64,000 nt of DNA, from NCBI GenBank assembly GCA_963781885.1, contig CAWAHW010000004.1:744800-808799 (forward strand). The letters run 5' to 3'. This DNA comes from an uncultured Spirochaetota bacterium (GTDB lineage Bacteria > Spirochaetota > Spirochaetia > SZUA-6 > Fen-1364). The notes beneath the pieces are model-generated. The model saw only the letters and a list, made by a program, of their open reading frames with translations, did not search any database and was not told where the DNA came from. Shown piece by piece: positions 53,498-63,249 of this stretch (position 1 is its first letter; each line of letters begins with the position of its first letter). A program made the position numbers and the translations under genes.

Positions 53498-54816
53498 GGT
53501 CCTGTCTAAGCACATCGTTGACAGAATTCTAAGCACATCGTTGACACTTTTTTGGGCGACGTTTTCTCCGAGAGGAGAGCGGGATGCCCTGGAGGGAACG
53601 GTCAGCGATGGACGAAAAGGCTAGTTTCGTTCTTGAGTGGGAGTCAGGCCAGCACACGTTCACTGCTCTGTGCAAATCTTATGGTATCTCCCGTACTTTA
53701 GGTTACCGCTACATACTGCGCTATCTGTTGCGGGGTGTAGCGGGACTCAAGGAGCAATCGCGGGCTCCGCGGCGGGTGTGGAACCGCACTGCACCGAGCA
53801 TCGAGCGGGCAATCGTACGAATACGAGGCAGGTGGCCTCGCATGGGTCCGCTGAAGATCTTTCAGCTGCTCACGGAGAGGTATGGTGGTCGGCGGAAGGT
53901 GCCTTCGGTGGCGACGATCGCCTTGGTGCTCAAACGCTATGGCCTAGTCAAGAAGCGGCGCCGCGTTCGTCGCATTCGAGAGATGCACCCGATCTTTGAG
54001 GCGAAGGCCCCCAACGAGATCTGGAGCGTGGACTTCAAAGGGAAGTTCCGCATGGGCGACGGGCGCTACTGCTACCCGCTGACCGTCATGGACGCCTACA
54101 GCCGCTTTGTGCTGGCGGTGGTGGGAATGCATAATCCCACATATGAGGGCACAAAGGCCGTATTTGAGGCCCTTTTCAAGAAGTACGGTTTGCCCAAACA
54201 GATCCACAGTGACAACGGAGAGCCCTTCGCCAGTGGGGTGAGCCTCTCGCGGCTTACGCGGCTTGCCGTCTGGCTCATGGATCTGGGGATCCAGCCGGTC
54301 TATTCTGACCCGGCTCACCCCGAGCAGAACGGTAGTCACGAGCGGATGCACGAAGAGCTAAAGGCTGAGGCCACAAAGCCGGCCGCCTACAGCCTGGTCC
54401 AGCAGCAACACAAGTTCGACGCCTTTCGTCATTTCTACAACGTGCAGCGTCCTCATCAGACGCTGGGACAGAGGAGGCCCAAGGAGTTCTACCGCCACTC
54501 CCCTCGCCGCCTTCCACGCATAACTAGGACCTGGAAGTATCCAGAAGGCATGTGCACGAAATACGTTTGCCGCAACGGGGCAATCCGCTGGGGCTCCAGC
54601 AAGTGGGTCGTCGTCAGCACAACGCTGATCGAGAAGTACGTCGGACTGGAGCAGATCGTGAAGGGCAAGTGGCGCGTGTATTACCGCGACACCCTGTTAG
54701 GCTATCTTGACGAGCGGCAGCTGCGCATCCAGGATGAGCTCGGCCGCTTGGTTAGGGCAGCGAGATAACTGTTAGGATGTGCTGCGAAAAGTGTCAACGA
54801 TGTGTTAGTTAGGACA
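53498..54816 (+). mobile_element. IS481-family element B, copy 1
   Basis: IRs GGTCCTGTCTAAGCACATCGTTGACA / (rc) TGTCCTAACTAACACATCGTTGACA; boundaries from identity with copy 2. Confidence 0.92.
53584..54768 (+). CDS. IS481-family transposase
   Basis: MPWRE; WSVDFKG; HSDNGEPF; QNGSHERMH. Confidence 0.95.
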   Translation: MPWRERSAMDEKASFVLEWESGQHTFTALCKSYGISRTLGYRYILRYLLRGVAGLKEQSRAPRRVWNRTAPSIERAIVRIRGRWPRMGPLKIFQLLTERYGGRRKVPSVATIALVLKRYGLVKKRRRVRRIREMHPIFEAKAPNEIWSVDFKGKFRMGDGRYCYPLTVMDAYSRFVLAVVGMHNPTYEGTKAVFEALFKKYGLPKQIHSDNGEPFASGVSLSRLTRLAVWLMDLGIQPVYSDPAHPEQNGSHERMHEELKAEATKPAAYSLVQQQHKFDAFRHFYNVQRPHQTLGQRRPKEFYRHSPRRLPRITRTWKYPEGMCTKYVCRNGAIRWGSSKWVVVSTTLIEKYVGLEQIVKGKWRVYYRDTLLGYLDERQLRIQDELGRLVRAAR

Positions 54817-54908
54817 TAGTAACTTTGGAGGTTCGTCATTCATGAGCAAGGACCGGTTGGCGGTAGTTCTTGGTGCTGGATCCACGCTGGAATTGGGATT
54901 CCCAACAA

Positions 54909-55468
54909 ATAAAGCATCCACCTCCAGAGGAGGTGGTTTTGAACCCCGGCCTCTAAAAGAGGCCTGCTTCTTCGTGCTCTTTCTCTTCGAGCCGCTCGTT
55001 TTCTTCCTGGTATCGTACGTAGCGACGTATCTTCTCTTCATCCAGCCCTATCGTCGTTACGCAATAGCCGCGGCTCCAGAAATGATTTCCCCAGTATGGT
55101 TTCCGCTTCAAGCTCTTGTAGTTTTGAAATATTCCTATTGCTGTCTTGCCCTTCAAAATCCCCATCAGTTCTGATATCGATACCCTTGGAGGAACGTTTA
55201 CCACCAGATGCACATGATCTTTCATCACATTCAGTTCCTCTATTCCACTATCCTTCCATTCGCAGATCGCCCTGATACGTCCTTCGACGTACTTCGCTAC
55301 AGCACCTTCAAGTATTCGAAATCTATACTTGGGGCACCATACTATGTGATAGCTGCACTGGTAGACCACGTGCGATTGTTTTTTCCATTTCGTCATGTTT
55401 CGATTTTATTCGCATTCCGTCTTACGGCATAGCCATCAGGACATCACCACCGCCATAGGCGGTGGGTT
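54909..55468 (-). mobile_element. IS200-type element (ends approximate)
   Basis: Subterminal hairpins CCACCTCC-aga-GGAGGTGG and CCACCGCC-ata-GGCGGTGG. Confidence 0.85.
54953..55396 (-). CDS. tnpA: IS200 Y1 HUH transposase
   Basis: YHIVWCPKYR; DHVHL; HFWSRGY; IRRYVRYQ. Confidence 0.95.
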   Translation of the reverse strand: MTKWKKQSHVVYQCSYHIVWCPKYRFRILEGAVAKYVEGRIRAICEWKDSGIEELNVMKDHVHLVVNVPPRVSISELMGILKGKTAIGIFQNYKSLKRKPYWGNHFWSRGYCVTTIGLDEEKIRRYVRYQEENERLEEKEHEEAGLF

Positions 55469-56423
55469 ATCAAGTCTCACTCAAGACCTAACCAAGCGCC
55501 TCATGAAAGACTGTGCAGCAGCTCGCGCTGCGGCCGTTGAATTGGCCTGCCACACCAACTTTAACTTCGAGGACCTATTTCAGCACCTTGTAGACAATTA
55601 CCGTGCCGCGCATTCCGTACAGAACAGCGTCGACCTCGATCCGAAGCAAACTCTCCAAGACCTTCAGTGTTGCATTCGCTCCGTCAAGGAAGCTATCATA
55701 GGCGCCGCAGTCAGACGCTGCTTCTTGGCACAATTCAGTGATTTCTACCACGAACTTGCAAAAAGCTTTGACCTTGATATCGTCAGCCTCAACTATGATA
55801 GTCTTTTCGAGACGGACATATTCGGAGAAACAATCCAAAACGGGTTCACAGTTAGGACTGGCAACTTCTGGCAGTTTGATAGCGCGTTTGCCACTCGCGT
55901 TCCGGATCGACATAGAATCCTGCGACTCCATGGCTGTGTCAACTTCGTTCCGGCGTACGATCTAAACGTAGTCACTTCGGACAACGAGTCTAGCGCTGAC
56001 TACTTTCAGCGTCATTCCATGTACTGGTCGAACCATGCAAGGCAGACGCTTTTCACGACCGTCAGCAGTTTTGGCGGTCAACAGATTCCAGCTGGAGGAA
56101 TCGAATTCTCAAAAGGTGAACCAATATCCCCAATCATAACCGGACTCCAGAAGGACCACTTCTTTAGCGTCGAACCCTACCACAGCTATTACGAAATGCT
56201 CCAGGGCCTGTTTCAGAATCCACGATTGCTGGTCGTGGGCTACAACTACAACGCCAACGACCAGCACCTGAATCAGCATCTCCAACATCAGCGCAATAGA
56301 GTCCTCATAAACATGAACCCGGCGCTCTCGTCTGAACTGGATAATGGTAAGTGTCTTCAGCTAAGTACTGGCTTCATGGATTCCGTACGCAAGATCGGTA
56401 TGATAGTTGATCACCTACGGGCA

Positions 56424-56539
56424 GTCTAACAAATCGTTGGAGCACTCCGGGCTAAAATTCGCTGCATCAGACCCACTTCCGGTGCAAATCTTTGTGATCT
56501 TTGTCTGATGCGGGCCGGGTGCTCAACTCTATGTTATAT
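56424..56539 (+). repeat. attC 8 (type A)
   Basis: GTCTAAC...GTTATAT. Confidence 0.9.
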
Positions 56540-56715
56540 GGCATAAAATATTCTCTAAGCTTCCCAGATTGGTTCGCCTTCTCATAACGCCGAGCCATCT
56601 ATACCGAAGTCATCGGACGTCGAACAGCGTCCACAATCGATTTAAGGTTATTGATTTCTCGCCACTTGTCAAATTGACTAGTCTGCGTCTCAAATCTTTC
56701 ATGTGGGAGGCAAAA

Positions 56716-57228
56716 ATGGAACAACTGATTTATCAAACGTCGCCGGTGGTGACTCTCGCGACAAATAGGTTTATCAATGTACCAATTATCTTTCAGTACG
56801 AGGACACTCCCTTAATTGTAATAGTTAAGGAACAATCCCTCGGCTATACATCGAGTATCCCTATTTACGATTCAGCTGGGACTTGTTTGGCCAAGATAAA
56901 TGGCACCAGGATATTTCCAACCGCAGAGGGCAAGACGGTTGATATACAAATTGAAAAACGTAGTCTACTTACTATCTGTAAGATCGGCAGCCGCACGGCA
57001 TTCGAGATTCATCATCAACCGGGAGATGCTTTTCGAATAGTAGCAGAGCTTTATGCTCCCGATGGCTACTTCGTCAAATTTGAAGAGCAACCGCAGCCGA
57101 AACTCCTTGACGCCAGCGGAAACGCTATCAAAGTGGGCGGAGTTACCATGATCGGCAACACTATAGAGAATTTACGCATCGGCGTTTGGCTTAAAAAGGA
57201 TGGATCTTGCTTAATCGGCGTGAGCTAA
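56716..57228 (+). CDS. cassette gene: beta-rich hypothetical protein
   Basis: RBS GGAGG + ATG 56716; sole long ORF of the cassette. Confidence 0.7.
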   Translation: MEQLIYQTSPVVTLATNRFINVPIIFQYEDTPLIVIVKEQSLGYTSSIPIYDSAGTCLAKINGTRIFPTAEGKTVDIQIEKRSLLTICKIGSRTAFEIHHQPGDAFRIVAELYAPDGYFVKFEEQPQPKLLDASGNAIKVGGVTMIGNTIENLRIGVWLKKDGSCLIGVS

Positions 57229-57393
57229 CTTTTCTGATCTGAGAATTACTCTTTATCCAGAGAATGCCCCGTGCTTCCTGCTCGCTCGCAGCATGACACG
57301 TTCTGCTAGATTTCGAGAAGCGCCCAGATATTTGACATCGCTTGGATCTGAGTCCTTGTAGAATTCAGCGGCGTATCGTTTGGAACCAATGCC

Positions 57394-57509
57394 ATATAAC
57401 AAATCGTTGGAGCACTCCGGGCTAGAATTTGCTCCATCAGACCCGCTGCCGGTGCCAATCGTTGTGGTTTTTGTCTGATGCGGGCCGGGTGCTCAACTCT
57501 ATGTTAGCC
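57394..57509 (+). repeat. attC 9 (type A)
   Basis: ATATAAC...GTTAGCC. Confidence 0.9.
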
Positions 57510-57518
57510 TCATTCATT

Positions 57519-58837
57519 GGTCCTGTCTAAGCACATCGTTGACAGAATTCTAAGCACATCGTTGACACTTTTTTGGGCGACGTTTTCTCCGAGAGGAGAG
57601 CGGGATGCCCTGGAGGGAACGGTCAGCGATGGACGAAAAGGCTAGTTTCGTTCTTGAGTGGGAGTCAGGCCAGCACACGTTCACTGCTCTGTGCAAATCT
57701 TATGGTATCTCCCGTACTTTAGGTTACCGCTACATACTGCGCTATCTGTTGCGGGGTGTAGCGGGACTCAAGGAGCAATCGCGGGCTCCGCGGCGGGTGT
57801 GGAACCGCACTGCACCGAGCATCGAGCGGGCAATCGTACGAATACGAGGCAGGTGGCCTCGCATGGGTCCGCTGAAGATCTTTCAGCTGCTCACGGAGAG
57901 GTATGGTGGTCGGCGGAAGGTGCCTTCGGTGGCGACGATCGCCTTGGTGCTCAAACGCTATGGCCTAGTCAAGAAGCGGCGCCGCGTTCGTCGCATTCGA
58001 GAGATGCACCCGATCTTTGAGGCGAAGGCCCCCAACGAGATCTGGAGCGTGGACTTCAAAGGGAAGTTCCGCATGGGCGACGGGCGCTACTGCTACCCGC
58101 TGACCGTCATGGACGCCTACAGCCGCTTTGTGCTGGCGGTGGTGGGAATGCATAATCCCACATATGAGGGCACAAAGGCCGTATTTGAGGCCCTTTTCAA
58201 GAAGTACGGTTTGCCCAAACAGATCCACAGTGACAACGGAGAGCCCTTCGCCAGTGGGGTGAGCCTCTCGCGGCTTACGCGGCTTGCCGTCTGGCTCATG
58301 GATCTGGGGATCCAGCCGGTCTATTCTGACCCGGCTCACCCCGAGCAGAACGGTAGTCACGAGCGGATGCACGAAGAGCTAAAGGCTGAGGCCACAAAGC
58401 CGGCCGCCTACAGCCTGGTCCAGCAGCAACACAAGTTCGACGCCTTTCGTCATTTCTACAACGTGCAGCGTCCTCATCAGACGCTGGGACAGAGGAGGCC
58501 CAAGGAGTTCTACCGCCACTCCCCTCGCCGCCTTCCACGCATAACTAGGACCTGGAAGTATCCAGAAGGCATGTGCACGAAATACGTTTGCCGCAACGGG
58601 GCAATCCGCTGGGGCTCCAGCAAGTGGGTCGTCGTCAGCACAACGCTGATCGAGAAGTACGTCGGACTGGAGCAGATCGTGAAGGGCAAGTGGCGCGTGT
58701 ATTACCGCGACACCCTGTTAGGCTATCTTGACGAGCGGCAGCTGCGCATCCAGGATGAGCTCGGCCGCTTGGTTAGGGCAGCGAGATAACTGTTAGGATG
58801 TGCTGCGAAAAGTGTCAACGATGTGTTAGTTAGGACA
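57519..58837 (+). mobile_element. IS481-family element B, copy 2
   Basis: Matches 53498-54816 at offset 4021. Confidence 0.92.
57605..58789 (+). CDS. IS481-family transposase
   Basis: Protein identical to 53584-54768. Confidence 0.95.
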   Translation: MPWRERSAMDEKASFVLEWESGQHTFTALCKSYGISRTLGYRYILRYLLRGVAGLKEQSRAPRRVWNRTAPSIERAIVRIRGRWPRMGPLKIFQLLTERYGGRRKVPSVATIALVLKRYGLVKKRRRVRRIREMHPIFEAKAPNEIWSVDFKGKFRMGDGRYCYPLTVMDAYSRFVLAVVGMHNPTYEGTKAVFEALFKKYGLPKQIHSDNGEPFASGVSLSRLTRLAVWLMDLGIQPVYSDPAHPEQNGSHERMHEELKAEATKPAAYSLVQQQHKFDAFRHFYNVQRPHQTLGQRRPKEFYRHSPRRLPRITRTWKYPEGMCTKYVCRNGAIRWGSSKWVVVSTTLIEKYVGLEQIVKGKWRVYYRDTLLGYLDERQLRIQDELGRLVRAAR

Positions 58838-58955
58838 CCGTGCTTGAAAACATCCCTAGAAAACCTGAATATGAGCACTGGCAAGTTGCGAGTGCCCGGA
58901 CGCCAGTCAACTCGAGATGCTCGCATAGCGGCCGGACAGCTGGACGGGAGGACAT

Positions 58956-59492
58956 ATGAAACCGCGCGGTCAACTAATGATCGAACACCGACTTATCGAA
59001 AAGTTCCTTGCTTTTGCCGCGGAAGCTACAAATGGTATGAAGGACAGCTCCTACAACCCCGTGCTAATAGACACAATCGTCGACTTCATAAAGACATATG
59101 CTGATAGAACCCATCATGGAAAGGAAGAAGATATTCTCTTTCATGAGCTAGTGGAAAGGGCAATCAGCGGCAATGATCTTGTTGTAATGAATGAACTAAT
59201 CCAGGAGCACAAACTGGCAAGGGAAAAAGTCGCTGAAATAGTGAAATTGAATGATCAATACCGCTCAGGCAGCAAGAAGGTCGTTTCCCAGATCAAAGAA
59301 ATCGTACTCTGGCTCGCTGACTTCTATCCAGTCCATATCTTGAAAGAGGACAAGGATTTCTTTCCAAAGAGTGAGGCTTATTTCAACCAAGTGGAATTGG
59401 AAGCAATGTTAGAAGCTTTCTGGACTTTTGACCGAAACATGATCCACGAGAAGTACCAAAGGCTATATGAAAGCCTCAGGCTTAAGTCATAA
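58956..59492 (+). CDS. cassette gene: hemerythrin (HHE) domain protein
   Basis: LMIEHRLI; YADRTHHGKEEDILF; LIQEH; HILKED. Confidence 0.88.
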   Translation: MKPRGQLMIEHRLIEKFLAFAAEATNGMKDSSYNPVLIDTIVDFIKTYADRTHHGKEEDILFHELVERAISGNDLVVMNELIQEHKLAREKVAEIVKLNDQYRSGSKKVVSQIKEIVLWLADFYPVHILKEDKDFFPKSEAYFNQVELEAMLEAFWTFDRNMIHEKYQRLYESLRLKS

Positions 59493-59536
59493 AAACGCTT
59501 CATTTGATCAAGTGAGCGGCTTTTTGAAATGGAGCC

Positions 59537-59651
59537 GCGTAACAAATCGTTGCAGTACTCCAGGCAGAATTCGCTCGAATAGACCCGCTTCCGTAGCAAA
59601 TCGGGGTGGTGCCGTTCTGATGCGGGCCGGGTACTGAACTCTATGTTATGT
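59537..59651 (+). repeat. attC 10 (type A')
   Basis: GCGTAAC...GTTGCAGTACTCC/GGGTACTGAAC...GTTATGT. Confidence 0.9.
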
Positions 59652-59807
59652 CCAATCAGAGTCTGTTTTCGTACAAATTTGATTGAGAAAACCACCTTTC
59701 TGATACATTTCGGGCAGATTGATATCTTTACCTCGATAGGCGGGAAGCAAGCTGGAATACTTGACAAATGTATGACAACGTAGTACGTTACGGGTACGAG
59801 GTGACCC

Positions 59808-60026
59808 ATGAAACAAGCGGTTACAGTACGGCTGCCCGATGAATTGCGGAAAGAACTGCAGCAAATAAGCGACAACGAAGCTAAACCCATAAGCGACCTT
59901 GTTCGGGAGTCAATTCAGAAATTTGTCTCAGTCTATAACTTTCGGCGGCTCCGCAACACTGTTCTACCTTTTGCTGAAGCACAAGGAATCCTTACGGACG
60001 AGGATGTCTTTCGCACCATATCATGA
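59808..60026 (+). CDS. CopG/RHH antitoxin
   Basis: VTVRLPDELRKEL...SDLVRESI...GILTDEDVF; promoter TTGACA-17-TACGTT at 59761-59789. Confidence 0.85.
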   Translation: MKQAVTVRLPDELRKELQQISDNEAKPISDLVRESIQKFVSVYNFRRLRNTVLPFAEAQGILTDEDVFRTIS

Positions 60027-60439
60027 AAGTTGTGCTAGACACAAACGTGATAGTTGCAGCATTCGCCACGCAGGGACTATGTCATGCTGTATTTGAGATG
60101 TGCCTGGACCAGCAAGATCTATACCTGAGTTCGGAAATACTTAACGAGATAGCTGACGCGTTGAAACGGAAGCTAAAAGTTCCACCTCAAACTATCCAAG
60201 ACACCCTTGAATACCTAAAAGAGCATTCAACTGTTTTTCATGTCAAACCGCTAGGCAAACGCATTTCAAGGGATCAAAATGATGACCATATCATTGCCCT
60301 TGCTGAACAAGCGTTGGCAGATTACATCATTACTGGGGATGAGGACTTGCTAGTACTCAAGAAGCACAAAGGCATTCCGATCATACAGCCAAGACAGTTT
60401 TGGGAAATAATGAAGAACACAGAACGAACTAACGGATGA
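60023..60439 (+). CDS. PIN-family toxin
   Basis: VVLDTNVIVAA; RDQNDDHII; ADYIITGDEDLL. Confidence 0.9.
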   Translation: MKVVLDTNVIVAAFATQGLCHAVFEMCLDQQDLYLSSEILNEIADALKRKLKVPPQTIQDTLEYLKEHSTVFHVKPLGKRISRDQNDDHIIALAEQALADYIITGDEDLLVLKKHKGIPIIQPRQFWEIMKNTERTNG

Positions 60440-60465
60440 CCTAACGCCATTTGAAAATAGATTGG

Positions 60466-60582
60466 ACATAACAAATCGTTGGAGCACTCCGGGCTAAGAA
60501 TCTGCTCCAATAGACCCGCTTCCGGTGCCAGTCTTTGTGGTTTTTGTCTGATGCGGGCCGGGTGCTCAACTCTATGTTATGA
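60466..60582 (+). repeat. attC 11 (type A)
   Basis: ACATAAC...GTTATGA. Confidence 0.9.
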
Positions 60583-60708
60583 CGCCTCAGAATTTGGCAT
60601 CACGGGTCATTTGAGGTCGGTTTCGGGAGAGGAGGTCAGGCGTCCATGCCTGACCTCCTCTCCCTCAAGCAATCAACTGCAGGAGCATGCTTCTTTCGCG
60701 CCTAATGA

Positions 60709-60737
60709 TTGACAACGCATACCAATTATGGTATGTT
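60709..60737 (+). promoter_or_regulatory. TA promoter with overlapping operator
   Basis: TTGACA-17-TATGTT with IR CATACCA-atta-TGGTATG (60718-60735). Confidence 0.7.
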
Positions 60738-60742
60738 TCGAT

Positions 60743-61075
60743 ATGCTATATGAAGTCATCCTTCTGGATCCGGCGAAGGACTTTCTCGTTGGTCTTGGAG
60801 AAAAGCTTCAAGCCAAGGCCTATCGCGCAATCGACCTCTTGGCCTACTTTGGCCCGTTGTTGCGGATGCCACATTCCAGAAAACTTGGTGACAAGGACCT
60901 GTGGGAGTTACGGGTCCAGCAGGCGGGCATGATCTCCCGGCTGTTCTATTTCCATGATCGAGAAAGGATTTACGTCGTGACGTCCGGCTACGTGAAGAAG
61001 ACCGAGAAAACCAGCCCGGACAAGATGCAGAAGGCACTCCGGCTTAAGGCGGAATACCTTGGAGGAATTAGGTGA
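60743..61075 (+). CDS. RelE/Gp49-like toxin
   Basis: LRMPHSRKL..LWELRV...RLFYF...GYVKKTEKT. Confidence 0.88.
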   Translation: MLYEVILLDPAKDFLVGLGEKLQAKAYRAIDLLAYFGPLLRMPHSRKLGDKDLWELRVQQAGMISRLFYFHDRERIYVVTSGYVKKTEKTSPDKMQKALRLKAEYLGGIR

Positions 61076-61368
61076 TCAAAACCACCCGATATGAGGACTT
61101 TCTTAAGCAGCAACTTAAGAATCCAAAGCTTCGTAAGGAATACGATGCCCTTGGAGGCGAATTTGCCCTTGCAAAGGAAATCATCGAACTGCGCATCAAG
61201 AAGAAGCTGACTCAGAAGCAATTGGCACAGCAGATTGGAACTTCACAGCCGGCGATCGCCAGAATTGAGTCTGGTAGCTACCGGAATGTTTCCTTGTCTT
61301 TCCTCAGGCGCGTTGCTGATGCATTGGGCGCAGTACCGGAGATCCACTTGAAGCGCAAAGGTGCCTGA
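61072..61368 (+). CDS. XRE-HTH antitoxin
   Basis: LTQKQLAQQIGTSQPAIARIESG. Confidence 0.9.
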   Translation: MIKTTRYEDFLKQQLKNPKLRKEYDALGGEFALAKEIIELRIKKKLTQKQLAQQIGTSQPAIARIESGSYRNVSLSFLRRVADALGAVPEIHLKRKGA

Positions 61369-61507
61369 AGAATAGGGGAATGCATTTGTTGTGGGGCGGG
61401 GACATGGTAGGCCGCAACCCGGTCCACGCCCTCGCCGTCCTTGGCTCGGGCGCCCTTCGCCCCGAGAGATTTCCTTCCACCGAAGGCAAACAGTGCGCCG
61501 AGAGGCG

Positions 61508-61623
61508 TCATAACAAATCGTTGGAGCACTCCGGACTAGAATTTGGCCCATCAGACCCGCTCACGGTGCAAATCCATGTGGTTTTGGTTTGATGCGGGCC
61601 GGGTGCTCAACTCTATGTTAGCC
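61508..61623 (+). repeat. attC 12 (type A)
   Basis: TCATAAC...GTTAGCC. Confidence 0.9.
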
Positions 61624-61653
61624 TCATTCAAAGGATTAACAGTAGGTAACCGT

Positions 61654-62154
61654 ATGGATGGAATTCTGATTCGGCCAATACTCGAAAAGGATCTTCTCGC
61701 AATAGCGGACCTACTTCGCCAACTGGCGGACCATGCGCATTCGACCTTTGAAATGGATGTCGACCACGTGCGCTCAGTCTACTCAAAAATGATCAGCAGT
61801 CCGCAAAGCTACAAGAACCTTGTGGCTTGCAAGAATGAAGTTGCTGTCGGCTTCATATCCGTTGTCTACTACCTCAGCTTCTTTCACGAAGGCGGAACCG
61901 CACTGATAAACGAACTGATTGTCGCAGCGGACCATCGAAACCAAGGCATTGGAAGAGCACTGGTTCAGCACGCAGTATCCACAGCAAGGCAAGACGGAAT
62001 GGATGAAATAGAAGTCGGAACAGAAAGAGGCAACAGGCCGGCAGCCGCCTTCTATAGAAACTCAGGATTTGATGAAGAGTACGTACTTTTGGGCATGGAA
62101 TTCGGTCTGGATACTGATTGCCATCGAATGGCCGATTCAACGTCGGGAAAATGA
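61654..62154 (+). CDS. cassette gene: GNAT acetyltransferase
   Basis: LIVAADHRNQGIGRALV; NRPAAAFYRNSGF. Confidence 0.9.
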   Translation: MDGILIRPILEKDLLAIADLLRQLADHAHSTFEMDVDHVRSVYSKMISSPQSYKNLVACKNEVAVGFISVVYYLSFFHEGGTALINELIVAADHRNQGIGRALVQHAVSTARQDGMDEIEVGTERGNRPAAAFYRNSGFDEEYVLLGMEFGLDTDCHRMADSTSGK

Positions 62155-62267
62155 ATGTGCTTTGACTTTGTGAATACATCCGTAAAGACCCAACTCCAAA
62201 TGATCAGAGCAAATTGACCATAAGAGGGTTCCAGACCTTGCCCATAGTTCAGACAAAAGCGGAATGA

Positions 62268-62383
62268 GGCTAACAAGTCGTTGCAGTACTCCGGGCTAGA
62301 ATCTTTCTGCTGAGACCCAATTCCGGGTCAAATCTTTGTGGTTTTGGTCTGATGCGGGCCGGGTACTGAACTCTATGTTATAA
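62268..62383 (+). repeat. attC 13 (type A')
   Basis: GGCTAAC...GTTATAA. Confidence 0.9.
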
Positions 62384-62441
62384 CGTGCTTGAGCTTTGTC
62401 ATTTGACGCCCTTTTTCAAAGCTTAGGTATAGTAGGCATCA

Positions 62442-63215
62442 GTGAAACTTGAAACCTGGATAGCAGAGAATGAATCGCTGATAGATTGGAGTCTCTTTTC
62501 TTCGCCATGGGATGCCATGCAGGTCAAACACAACCCATTCAGGCAAGAGCAGATTGAAGCTATTTTACAGTCATCAGGATTTCTTGCGAAAGAATCTCCT
62601 GTCGTCCTTGATCTCGGATGCGGCCCAGGAATCCTTGGGAAGCTATTAGCCAATGAAAAGCCTTTGGCACAGTACTTTGGCATCGACGGTGATCCTTTGA
62701 TGCTCGCTGCAATGAACCACCTCTTGAACAACAGGAACGTCAATGCGCTTCAATACGATTTACGCAAAGTAGAATGGAGCGAACCTTTCAAAGGTCATTT
62801 TGATTCAGTTGTAAGCCTTACGGCCCTACACTGGCTATCCCAGGAACACCTAAATAAGACATATAAAGCAGCCTTTGAGGTTCTTAAGCCCGGAGGCACC
62901 CTCATTATTGGTGACCCCTACCAACCAGAAGATCCTGAAGAACGTAAAAAGCTCGAGGAGCTTCATTGTAGCCGTGCTTCAACACTAGAGGGCCAGACTT
63001 GGGAAGAATACTGGCAACAATTCTTTGACAAATACTCTATTAAAGAAGCATACACCGAATATCACACACAAAAGGGCTACCAGATACCCTTTGAAGGCTC
63101 TGATGACGGATATCCCCTCTCATGGCACCTGGCGTCACTCAAAAACGCCGGATTCAGCGGCGCTTCAGTCTTTTGGAAGGCTGATCTACGCGCTGTTTAC
63201 GGAGGAACTAAATAA
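62442..63215 (+). CDS. cassette gene: class I SAM methyltransferase
   Basis: VLDLGCGPG; FDSVVSLTALHWL; LKPGG. Confidence 0.9.
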   Translation: MKLETWIAENESLIDWSLFSSPWDAMQVKHNPFRQEQIEAILQSSGFLAKESPVVLDLGCGPGILGKLLANEKPLAQYFGIDGDPLMLAAMNHLLNNRNVNALQYDLRKVEWSEPFKGHFDSVVSLTALHWLSQEHLNKTYKAAFEVLKPGGTLIIGDPYQPEDPEERKKLEELHCSRASTLEGQTWEEYWQQFFDKYSIKEAYTEYHTQKGYQIPFEGSDDGYPLSWHLASLKNAGFSGASVFWKADLRAVYGGTK

Positions 63216-63249
63216 CAAAGGATAAGGGCCTACACAATTCAGGCGCACG

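Larger units (their letters stand above)
54842..56429 (+). pseudogene. cassette gene: SIR2-like protein interrupted by IS200
   Basis: LAVVLGAGSTLELGFPT before the IS; IVSLNYDSLFE, LRLHGCVN, LLVVGY after it; stop inside attC8 R''. Confidence 0.8.

Noticed and set aside
54765-54816. TAAC/GTTAG motifs in the IS481-B right end as a cryptic attC
   Set aside because: Explained by the stop codon and terminal IR; no L boxes or hairpin
52425-60460. TTGAAA-like motif shortly upstream of several R'' boxes
   Set aside because: Variable spacing and sequence in AT-rich context; indistinguishable from chance by eye
47658-61653. ORF-track starts inside attC sites (47658, 48898, 53409, 60479, 61543) and antisense ORFs containing NIELTSAAAS or NIEFSTRPAS
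   Set aside because: Translation artefacts of the attC repeat; downstream starts fit better
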